Shown here one piece after another: positions 10,147 through 19,700 of a stretch of DNA of 64,000 nt. Origin of the DNA: Thermoplasmata archaeon. GTDB lineage: Archaea > Thermoplasmatota > Thermoplasmata > RBG-16-68-12 > JAFNFQ01. Location: NCBI GenBank assembly GCA_041489255.1, contig JBGPQV010000002.1:32001-96000 (forward strand). Reading direction: 5' to 3'. The notes below the pieces were generated by a model. The model was not told the DNA's origin. It saw nothing but the letters and a program-made list of their open reading frames with translations, and made no database searches. Every line of letters starts with the position of its first letter. Position 1 is the stretch's first letter. A program made the position numbers and the translations under genes.

Positions 10147-11592
10147 TCATCCTTCACCAATTTGCGCCCTCACGAGCCTCTCCACAATTCTGAGGAACTC
10201 CTCCTCGGTTCCTGGCGGTATTGTAGCCCCCGCCGCTGACATGTGTCCGCCCCCTTCCCCGCCAAGCATCTTTGCAGCCTGCCTCATCACCACAGAGAGA
10301 TCTAACCCCTTCGCCTCAAGCGCCTTCGAGGCTCTTGCCGAGACTTTGATTCCGTCCTCCGCCTGCGCGAACGCGATTATTGGCATCTCCTTATTGGCTG
10401 CGCCGGAGCTGAGAAGCATGCCCGCCGTGACGCCGACCACCGTGTCCTTGATCTTGTCCTCCCCATGGAAGTACTGTATCGAGCCCATCTGCGAGATTCC
10501 TATTCCGTCCACGAAGTCGAGGGAGCTAACGATCGTCTCGCGGTGATTCTGCAGGAGCCCAATGGCCTTCTTGTAGTACTCGTCCCTGTCGCCACGGCAC
10601 ACCATCAGCCCGACCTCCGCCTCGTCGTACCGCCCGCAGGCGTTCAGCAGAGTCCCGAACTCCTTCGCGTCCCGCAACGGGGTGCCCACCTCCTCGCGCA
10701 GGAGCGTGTACACCTCGCCGATGAGACGCTCTACCTCCTTGTGACCGCAGCCGCGCTGAAGCATGTGCGTCACGAGCTCGGTCACCACGCGCCTCTTCTC
10801 CCCGCCATCGAGGCTCGACCAAGACCGCCACTCCTCGTCGACCTTCAGGTCGATGCCTATCTCCAGGAGGAAAGCGATGCAGGCCTCCTCGTTGCCAGAG
10901 AGGCGGGGAATCGCAGGGTCTGTCGCATATTGGAGGAACTTGTGCAGCGGCCTCGTCTCCCGCCCGAAGAGCCTTAGGTCCGTGGAAGCTTTCAGGACTC
11001 CCGCCATTTCGCCGTCCTTGATGACCTCGCAGTTGAAACCCTTCAGGCGCCTGAACTGCGCCTCCTGCACGTCCGCCACCGCCCCGACGACTGCAATGGC
11101 GGCAAGATCGATGTTCTTTGAGTCTATCTCCCTGGAGACAGCGTACGTGACAGAGGCTCCGCTCGCGTCATCGGAACCCATCCCGAAGTCGTGGGGATTA
11201 AGCATGGGGACGTCGTCCTGCGGCTTCGCGAACGCAAAGAGGTCTCCCCGTGACTGCTTCGGAGGTTGAGGCCGGGATGGGATGTGGTGATCCGTGATCA
11301 CGACGTTGAGCCCTTTCATCGAACCCAGCTGGCCCGCTCCGAAATCGACGAACCACGCGAGCGGCGGGTTTGAATCCTTGATCAATTGTATCGCCGCATC
11401 GTCCATCTTCTTGAGGAACTCGACTCGGTGTTCGATACCGGCACGTGACAGGGTCTCGGCGGCTACGGCAGCCCCGCAGATTCCATCCGCATCGATGTGC
11501 GAATAGATGTGCACCTCGGGCGCACGCATGATCACGGCGGCGATTTCCTTTGCCCTTTCCAGCATCTCCCTCGACTTAACCGCCATCGGCAA
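10147..11592 (-). CDS. DHH-family RecJ/Cdc45-like phosphoesterase
   Basis: HIDADG, VDFG, ITDHH, GAVAD, C-terminal DHHA1 GGGH..AAG. Confidence 0.9.
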   Translation of the reverse strand: MPMAVKSREMLERAKEIAAVIMRAPEVHIYSHIDADGICGAAVAAETLSRAGIEHRVEFLKKMDDAAIQLIKDSNPPLAWFVDFGAGQLGSMKGLNVVITDHHIPSRPQPPKQSRGDLFAFAKPQDDVPMLNPHDFGMGSDDASGASVTYAVSREIDSKNIDLAAIAVVGAVADVQEAQFRRLKGFNCEVIKDGEMAGVLKASTDLRLFGRETRPLHKFLQYATDPAIPRLSGNEEACIAFLLEIGIDLKVDEEWRSWSSLDGGEKRRVVTELVTHMLQRGCGHKEVERLIGEVYTLLREEVGTPLRDAKEFGTLLNACGRYDEAEVGLMVCRGDRDEYYKKAIGLLQNHRETIVSSLDFVDGIGISQMGSIQYFHGEDKIKDTVVGVTAGMLLSSGAANKEMPIIAFAQAEDGIKVSARASKALEAKGLDLSVVMRQAAKMLGGEGGGHMSAAGATIPPGTEEEFLRIVERLVRAQIGEG

Positions 11593-11818
11593 TTAAGCTT
11601 TGCAGAGGACGAAGTCCGACTCATTGCTTAGCGGACCATTCAACGGTAGTCCGAGGCAGCAGACACGTCACGTTGAAATATCTGTAAAACCGCGCTCCGG
11701 AAAGTATCTCTACGGAAGCATCGCAGTTCCCTGTCCGAGACTCGAATGCAGGATTTTAACACGGCGTTGGAAAACAATGATATATATCGATGGACGATAC
11801 CTGCGATGAGAATGGGGT

Positions 11819-14800
11819 GTGTGCATGAGAGCGGCGCTTGTCTCGCTCAGACGGGCTAGATTCTGGGAGAGGTGGACAGCCTCATTCCTCATCATATTCT
11901 CGCTCGTGCTTCCCGTTGTTGCCGACCTTAGCTCTGGCGGTGAAGTTAAAGAAGACCTCGCAGAACCTCCGTCGAACCAGCGCATCCTGGATACCATGCG
12001 CTCGGCGAGCGACTACTTCACGGAGAATAGGGGGCAGGTCGAGGATGGCGTCCTCTTCTACCGGCAGGGCAATCCCTCGGTCGCCTTCAGGACCGATGGA
12101 GTGATGTTCGTCCTGTCTGAAGCGACGAAGGTTGATGAGCGCCTCGGGGGGCGGGTCAGGGTCGATTCATCGGCTTACATGATCCGCTTCGAAGGCGCCA
12201 ACCTCGCTTCCCCCAGCGGCGTCAACGAACTCTCGTTCCGCAGCAACTACTTCTTCGGGAATGACCCGGCAAGGTGGCAAACCGATGTGCCGAACTACAG
12301 GAGCGTGGTATATAGGGAACTCTGGGAGGGCATTGACCTCGTCTACCATGCGACTGCGGGTGGCGTGAAGTACGAGTTCTTGATCGGCGCACATGCTGAT
12401 GCGCATCTAATCAGGTTCTCTTACGATGGTGTGCAGGCGACTAGGGACTCGACCGATGGAATCACGGCGAGGACCGCCGTCGGCAGTACACGCGACTCGA
12501 AGCCTTACTCATATCAGGCGGACGGCCGCGAGGTGGCTTGCAGCTTCGCCGATCGGGGAGATGGCTCCTTTGGGTTCGATTGCCCGGGACGGGATTTGTC
12601 CCAGTCGCTCGTCATCGATCCGCTTGTATACTCCACCTTCATCGGCGGTCACGACGACGACTGGTATTGCACGATGGGGCAGGGCGACGAAGCGATGTCG
12701 ATAGCGGTGGACGCCGCGGGAAATGCCTTCGTCTATGGTGGAACCTGTTCGACGGATTTCCCGGTCACGGCAGGCGCCTTCAACACGACATTCTGGATTA
12801 GAGGGGCGCCCAGATTCGCACAGCCCGACTGCAGCCCACCATGCTACTGTCCGCAAGGTGAGTGGTGCGTCGACCCCCACCAGACCTTCGTCGCGAAGCT
12901 GAACCCTGAGGGCAGCGCACTCGTGTACGCGACGTATATGGGCGGGGACGGCTTGGACTATCCTGCATCAATCGCGATCGATTCGGCGGGCAACGCATAC
13001 CTGACAGGGACGACATTGTCCTCGGGGCTGCAACCGGGGACGAACGCATACCCCACGACCGCCGGCGCTTTCGACAGGACCTTGGACGCCTACACCCTGC
13101 GGACGGGTCAGTGTTGGTGCTGCTCGATCGTCTTCTGGGAGGGATTCCTCACCAAGCTCGGCCCTCAGGGCAACGCGTTAGTGTATTCGACCTTCATTGG
13201 CCGCGATCGATACGAATGGCCTTGGGCCGTGACGGTGGACTCCTCGGGCTTCGCATACGTGACCGGCGAGACGAACGGCACCAACTTCCCGACGACGTTC
13301 GGAGCCTACGACACGACCTACAACGGCCTAGACGCCGATGCCGACGCTTTCGTGACCAAGTTCAACCAAGCGGGCAGCGGGCTCGTCTACTCGTCGTTTC
13401 TCGGAGGGGACGGTTATGATGTCGGAACATCGATCAAGGTGGACCCGACCGGCAACGCGTACGTGGCGGGGTGGACCGATTCTGCGAACTTCCCAACGAC
13501 ACCCAGCGCGTACGACGCCACCGCGAACGGCTATGCGGACGCATTCGTCGTGAGGTTCGATGCCAACGGAGCGAAGCTCGATTACTCGACCCTCCTCGGC
13601 GGCAGCGATCGTGAATGGGAGATCTCGGTCGGGATCGACGCCGCCAGGAACGTCTACGTGAGTGGGACCACGAAATCCTTTGACTTCCCCACGACTCCTG
13701 GAGCATTCCGGACCGTCTACATCGGCAGGGAGGGCTTCGTCGCCAAGATGAATCCCACGATGTCTTCCCTCGTCTACTCCACGTTCATCGGCGGGAACAG
13801 CGACACGGACACGGTGACATCGATCGACCTGGACTCCCTCGGGAACGCATACGTCACTGGGCAGACGTACTCGGGCGATTTCACGACGACAAAGGACGCC
13901 TTCGATACGGTGTTCAGCGACCGCGAGGGGTTCATGACGAAGATAAATGCGACGGGGACAGGTCTGCTGTATTCCACCTTCCTAGGGGGCAGCAGCGATA
14001 TCGATAAGGGAACCTCAATCGTGGTCGACATCTCCGGAATCGCTTATGTGACGGGCGTAACCAATTCCTCAGACTTCCCCACCACGCCGGACGCCTTCGA
14101 CAGGACTTTGGACAACGAGACTGACGCTTTCGTGTTCAAGCTTATCCCATCAATCGTGACCGATCCGCCGGACCTCCTGATAACACCGAACGATGTCATC
14201 CTCACCCCGCCTGGCAGCGTGGTCGTGGGGACGCCTGTCGACATCAGAGCCGTCGTTCGGAACATCGGAGGTAGAAACGCAACGGCGGTGGGAGTCAGGT
14301 TCCATGACGGCCTGCCGCCATCCCCACAGATAGGGACCGACCAAATCATCCCGTTCATAATGTACTTCGACTCGGGTTCAGCGAGCGTAACGTGGACTTC
14401 AACTTCCGTCGGAACTCACTCTATCTGCGCCGTCGCCGATCCCAACAACATGATTGCCGAACTGCACGAGGACAACAATCAGGCGTGCGCGCAAATCGAG
14501 ATCCTTGCGGCAAATCCTGACCTCGCCGTCCAATCCGGAGACATCTCGTTCTCGATCCCGCCGCCATTCATCGAAGGCACGCAGGTCCGGATCGACGCAA
14601 TAGTCAGGAACATCGGGATTCTGCCATCTACCGCCACGGTCGCAAGGTTCCATGACGGCACACCGCCTGCGGGGCAAATCGGGGTCGACCAGCCCCTGGG
14701 ACCTCTTGCCGCGGGAGGCTCCGGGACCGTCTCGGTGCTCTGGGATGCGTCGGGCCGCGGCGTGCATACGCTCTGGGTCGTCGTCGATCCAAATGACGTC

Positions 14801-16669
14801 GTAGCGGAGCTGAGCGAAGGCAACAACCGAGCCAGCACGCAGGCGGGAGTCAGGAGCAAGCCCGACCTGAGGATCTCGATGGTGAATGTGGAGCCCGCGC
14901 CTCCCTTGATTGAGGGCGCACTCTCATGGGTGAACGTGACTGTTTCGAACTTCGGAGACACGGCATCCGGGACATTCGACCTCAACCTCTTCGATGATGG
15001 CGATGGCGACCAAATGCTAGACGTCGGAGAGGACGTCGGCGTCAAGTTGGTAGCCGACTTGATAGGGCACGCCCAGGTTTTTCCCTCCTTTACCTGGACT
15101 GCGATGCCGCCCGGAAGCCACAGCATGTGCGCGTACGCCGATCTGCCCGATGCGGTCGATGAATCGCAAGAGGACAACAACGTCGGATGCACAAGCATCC
15201 AGGTGAAAGCGAACATCAGACCAGAATATGTGCCAGTCCAGCCCCTGCCTCCAAGTCCCATCACCGTCGGACTCTCTCTTCCGGTACAGCTCTCAGTCAT
15301 AGTCGAGAACCGGGGCGACGCCCCCGCCGCAGACAACGCTATCCTTGCGTTCCACGATGGGGTTACCCCGCCATTCGCGACATTCGTCGTGCCTCCGCTC
15401 GAGCCCTCGACCGACTCGGTCAGGTTCACCGCCACCTGGGTTTCCCCGCCCACGCCAGGGATGTACAGGATCATCGCTGACGTCGACTTCGATGCGAATC
15501 TGACTGAATGGGACGAAGACAACAATACCTGCGAGTGGACGATCGATGTGGTTCGCGGTCCGATCACGTCACTCACGGTTGGGACGCCCAACTACACCCT
15601 TGCGGTTCCATATGTGACATCCTCAACGCCGCTGGAGTTCGCGGTGGCCGATCCGGGCGGGTCCGGCATAAGGTCAACGATGTACCGCATCGATGGCGGC
15701 GGATGGGACAACTATCCAACTGGCGGGCAGTTCACGATTGACACCGAAGGTGAGCATACAATCGAGTGGTACTCGGAGGACAATGCTGGAAACATCGAAA
15801 TCACGCGCAGCGCCATGCTCAGAGTAGACAACACGCCGCCGAGCTGCATACTCCGTGTCGGGATTCCGCAGTACCTGAGCGCTCCCACGTACGTCGACTC
15901 GACCACGCAATTCAATCTTAGTTGCACAGATAGCGGCATGCTTCCGGTTGGCTTGGACCGCATCGAGTACCGCATCGACGACGGTCAATGGAAGGCTTAC
16001 ACCATTGACTTCACCCTCCAGGGAATCGATGGCGTCAAGACCGTGGATTATAGGTCGTCCGACCTGCTCGCGAACACTCAGTCGACTGCGGGGATCTACT
16101 TCCTCGACGAGACCCCGCCTTCGACCTCGATTACCCCATCCTCGGAAGATGCGACCACAGATACTGTTTTCGCACTGGATGCCTTCGATGATGGCTGCGG
16201 AGTCGGATTCACCGAGTACAAAGTGGATGGCGGCAATTGGACCGTCTTCTCAGGCGGGTTCACCGTCCCCGAAGGAGAGCACAACTTCACCTTCCGTTCC
16301 GTCGACTGGCTGGGCAACCGAGAATCGGACAAGCTTCTGCATGTCCATGCGCGCCTGCTGACTGCGACCAAGGAAACGAACTTCAAGCCTTACGTCGCGG
16401 CCGCATTCGCCATCATATTGGCGGTGGTCGGATTGTGGTCGTCGAGACGCAGACCGTGGAATGGCGGGAAAAACAAGACCGCAATCGCGAAGGCATTCGT
16501 CGGGCTGTCATTGCCCTTCGTGTTGGGAGAAACTGCGACGGGCATAGCCTCCCAATTCACAGGGGAACTTGCGATACCGCCAATCATCGGCGTCGGAACG
16601 GCGGTCGATCTGGCCATACTCATCTTAGGATTGCTGACGGTCGTCGTCAGAATGGCCAAGAACAGGTAG
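11819..16669 (+). CDS. Surface protein with SBBP beta-propeller repeats, CARDB and Ig-like domains and a multi-TM C-terminal anchor
   Basis: FTENRGQ N-terminal domain; repeated LVYST(F/Y)(I/L)GG..D....IAVD..GNAYVTG.T.S.DFPTT.GA(F/Y)D; CARDB-like PDL...E..E.NN units; D.TPP Ig repeats. Confidence 0.9.
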   Translation: MCMRAALVSLRRARFWERWTASFLIIFSLVLPVVADLSSGGEVKEDLAEPPSNQRILDTMRSASDYFTENRGQVEDGVLFYRQGNPSVAFRTDGVMFVLSEATKVDERLGGRVRVDSSAYMIRFEGANLASPSGVNELSFRSNYFFGNDPARWQTDVPNYRSVVYRELWEGIDLVYHATAGGVKYEFLIGAHADAHLIRFSYDGVQATRDSTDGITARTAVGSTRDSKPYSYQADGREVACSFADRGDGSFGFDCPGRDLSQSLVIDPLVYSTFIGGHDDDWYCTMGQGDEAMSIAVDAAGNAFVYGGTCSTDFPVTAGAFNTTFWIRGAPRFAQPDCSPPCYCPQGEWCVDPHQTFVAKLNPEGSALVYATYMGGDGLDYPASIAIDSAGNAYLTGTTLSSGLQPGTNAYPTTAGAFDRTLDAYTLRTGQCWCCSIVFWEGFLTKLGPQGNALVYSTFIGRDRYEWPWAVTVDSSGFAYVTGETNGTNFPTTFGAYDTTYNGLDADADAFVTKFNQAGSGLVYSSFLGGDGYDVGTSIKVDPTGNAYVAGWTDSANFPTTPSAYDATANGYADAFVVRFDANGAKLDYSTLLGGSDREWEISVGIDAARNVYVSGTTKSFDFPTTPGAFRTVYIGREGFVAKMNPTMSSLVYSTFIGGNSDTDTVTSIDLDSLGNAYVTGQTYSGDFTTTKDAFDTVFSDREGFMTKINATGTGLLYSTFLGGSSDIDKGTSIVVDISGIAYVTGVTNSSDFPTTPDAFDRTLDNETDAFVFKLIPSIVTDPPDLLITPNDVILTPPGSVVVGTPVDIRAVVRNIGGRNATAVGVRFHDGLPPSPQIGTDQIIPFIMYFDSGSASVTWTSTSVGTHSICAVADPNNMIAELHEDNNQACAQIEILAANPDLAVQSGDISFSIPPPFIEGTQVRIDAIVRNIGILPSTATVARFHDGTPPAGQIGVDQPLGPLAAGGSGTVSVLWDASGRGVHTLWVVVDPNDVVAELSEGNNRASTQAGVRSKPDLRISMVNVEPAPPLIEGALSWVNVTVSNFGDTASGTFDLNLFDDGDGDQMLDVGEDVGVKLVADLIGHAQVFPSFTWTAMPPGSHSMCAYADLPDAVDESQEDNNVGCTSIQVKANIRPEYVPVQPLPPSPITVGLSLPVQLSVIVENRGDAPAADNAILAFHDGVTPPFATFVVPPLEPSTDSVRFTATWVSPPTPGMYRIIADVDFDANLTEWDEDNNTCEWTIDVVRGPITSLTVGTPNYTLAVPYVTSSTPLEFAVADPGGSGIRSTMYRIDGGGWDNYPTGGQFTIDTEGEHTIEWYSEDNAGNIEITRSAMLRVDNTPPSCILRVGIPQYLSAPTYVDSTTQFNLSCTDSGMLPVGLDRIEYRIDDGQWKAYTIDFTLQGIDGVKTVDYRSSDLLANTQSTAGIYFLDETPPSTSITPSSEDATTDTVFALDAFDDGCGVGFTEYKVDGGNWTVFSGGFTVPEGEHNFTFRSVDWLGNRESDKLLHVHARLLTATKETNFKPYVAAAFAIILAVVGLWSSRRRPWNGGKNKTAIAKAFVGLSLPFVLGETATGIASQFTGELAIPPIIGVGTAVDLAILILGLLTVVVRMAKNR

Positions 16670-16750
16670 AGTCTTGAGACGGTCGTCAATGCCTACGCAA
16701 CTTACTCATACTCGCGCGATGTTCACTTGGGATGACAGGAGAGGATCGGC

Positions 16751-19700
16751 TTGCGGACACTTGTCTACGCGATTGTGTGCTTCTTGATTGTGAGTGCAAT
16801 CCCGACCGCCATGGCGGCTGCGAAGCCTGTGGAATCCTTGCACGGAACGCAGCTGGGGCTCGTCGGGCTGGAATCTGGCCTTGCGCGATTCGCGCGGCTG
16901 AGCACGGCACCCCTAAGCGACTATGGCGGATATTCTGTCTATCAAGTCGGCGAGGAGGAAATCGCGCGGCTCGACTCGATCAACGCGCCATACTTCCTCC
17001 TTCCGGATCCGGACTATCTCGGTATCGAGTCTGTCGTCGGCTCGCTCCCCCGCATCGACACCGGCCAACTGCCGCCGTCACCGGGACTTGTCGTCATCCA
17101 GTTCCCAGCACCGCCGAAACAGGAATGGCGCCGCGCGCTCGAGGAGAATGGAATGATGACGCTGGCTTACATTCCTAATTATGCGTATCTTGTCGTTTCC
17201 TCTCGCGATCTTGGAGGAGCACTCACCGCTCTTCCCCTCGAACCTAGACTCTTCGCCTATGAGTCTTCGGCAAGAATCGACCCGCGGCTGATCTTGGACG
17301 AATCGCCACAACGCGTCCGTTTCGTGCTGTTGAAAGCCTCGGGCTTCGCCGATCCCATCGATGTGATGTCCCGCCACGGGCTCAGGCCACAGGTCTATTG
17401 GGAACGGGAATCGTTGGCTTTTGCCGAGACATGGGCCGATCGGGCAACCCTGGAAGCCATCACGCAGGAACCGTCCATGGTCTGGGTGGAGCCCGCGCCC
17501 ACGCCTAAGTTCTTCGACGAGATTTCCGACGAGATTCTCGGCGGCAACTTCACTCCTGGGATGCCCTGGGATGGCGATGGAGCCTACATCCATTCACTCG
17601 GCTACACGGGATCCGGAATCATCGTGGCGATAGCCGACACCGGCGTTGACACGGGCAACCTTACCACGATGCACCCCGACCTCAGAGGGCAGATCGCCGC
17701 CTTGATCGACTTCGGAGAGACAGATCCGAGCGACGGTGTCGCCGAGGACGGGTACGGCCATGGCACGCATGTGTCCGGCATCGTCGCGGGAACCGGAGCC
17801 TCCAACGGGCGCGATTTGGACGGCTACCTCTACGGAATGGGCATTGCCCCGAACGCCTCAATCGTCATGGAAAGAATCTCAGATGACCAAGGATATTGGA
17901 TGGCCCCGGCCGACCATGTAATTGCAGAGAACGCAGTCCGAAACGGAGCATCTGTCAGCTCTAATAGCTGGGGCAGCATGACATACGGAGTCTATGACTG
18001 GCAGGCGGCTGAGTACGATGCATTGACGAGAGACGCGGACTTGTTCACTCCGGGTGGACAACCACTCCTTCATGTATTCGCGGCAGCGAACTCGGGCCCG
18101 AGTCCGTACACGCTCGCGTCACCCGCCGTGGCGAAGAATGTGCTCACCGTCGCGGCGAGCGAGAACTACCGCCCAGCGTTCGGCAGCGAGGCCGACAACC
18201 CGGAGGATATCGCGGATTTCAGCAGCCGCGGCCCCGTCGCGGACGGCCGATTCAAGCCCGATATCGCAGCGCCGGGGACATATGTCGCGTCAGCCCTCTC
18301 CAGCTTCCTGGCGCAGGGCATGTGCGGTGGTCCTCTTGACTCGCTGCACGAAGCTTGCTCGGGGACGAGCATGGCCACGCCGCATGTGGCTGGCGGGGCT
18401 GCGATTTTCCAGCAATACTATCGAGGCTTATACGGCGTCCTCCCGAGTCCAGCAATGACCAAGGCGGCTTTGATCAACACCGCGCATGATATGACTGGCG
18501 CCGGCGCCTCCCTGCCGATCCCGAACACCGACGAGGGCTGGGGCAGGATGGACCTCGTATCCCTCCTGGGGTTGGGCAGGCCGGACGAGTATGCGGACGA
18601 CCAGACGAATTCTCTCCAGACCGGTCAAGACTCGGTTCACCAACTGACAGTGATGTCGTCCGCGGTACCGCTTCGGATCACCATGGCCTACACGGACGCC
18701 CCGGCGGCGGGGTTCTCGTCGCCGACTCTCGTCAATGACCTGGACCTTGTCGTCACCGACCCAACCGGCCGCACGTTTTGGGGAAACATGCTGGTGAATG
18801 GACGGTCGATAGACTCGATCACGGGAGGAGATAGACTCAACAACGTCGAGAGCGTCTACATCCAGAATCCGGAAGTCGGCCTCTACACCGTGAGGGTCTT
18901 GGCAATCAACGTGCCCGAGGATGGAGTGCCTTTGACTCCCGCAATCGACCAGGATTTCGCGCTCTTCGCCAGGGCGAGCCTGGAAGCTCCGCCTACGCCG
19001 TCGATTTCATTTAACCGCGACTTCTACACGGCGCCATCGAACGCGAATGTGTCGCTGGCGGGCGCAAGCCTGAACGCGGATCCTCTCGTCCGCGAATCGG
19101 TCAACGCCGTCGTGAGATCTGACACTGAGCCGCTCGGCGAGAGCCTCACGCTCACTGAGGTCGGACTCAACTCAAGCCTGTTCATCGGGACAATCGGGCT
19201 TCAGCTCGGCGCACCCGTGACAGACGGGGTTCTGCAGGTTCTTCACGGAGACCTGTTGAATGTGACGTACACCATGTATTACGACGTGGCATGGGTCGAT
19301 ACCGTCGCCCCAACGATTTCCAATATCGCCACGAACGTGAGGACTCGCACAGCGACCGTGACATTCACGACGAGCGAGGATACCAAGGGCCTCGTGGAAT
19401 ACGGCGATACGACTTCCCTCGGCAACATCTCGGAGTCGCTTTCCTTCGCGGTCTCGCACAGCGTCGACCTGGTCAATCTCAAGCCGAACACAACTTACTT
19501 CTTCGATGTCGTCGCGACGGACCTGGCAGGCAATCGGGCGCGAGATGACAATGGCGGCCTGCACCACGCTCTGACGACCGAGCCCCTGCCTCCGATCCTC
19601 CTTGTCGACGACGAACCGGACAACCTCGACGTCTCATTTTCCGACGCGTTAAGCGCCAACGGCTTCGCTTTTGAAGTGTCGCAGGGTCCCGCGCCTTTCA

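Noticed and set aside
12655-13145. Diversity-generating retroelement target
   Set aside because: No reverse transcriptase or template/variable repeat pair seen in the window.
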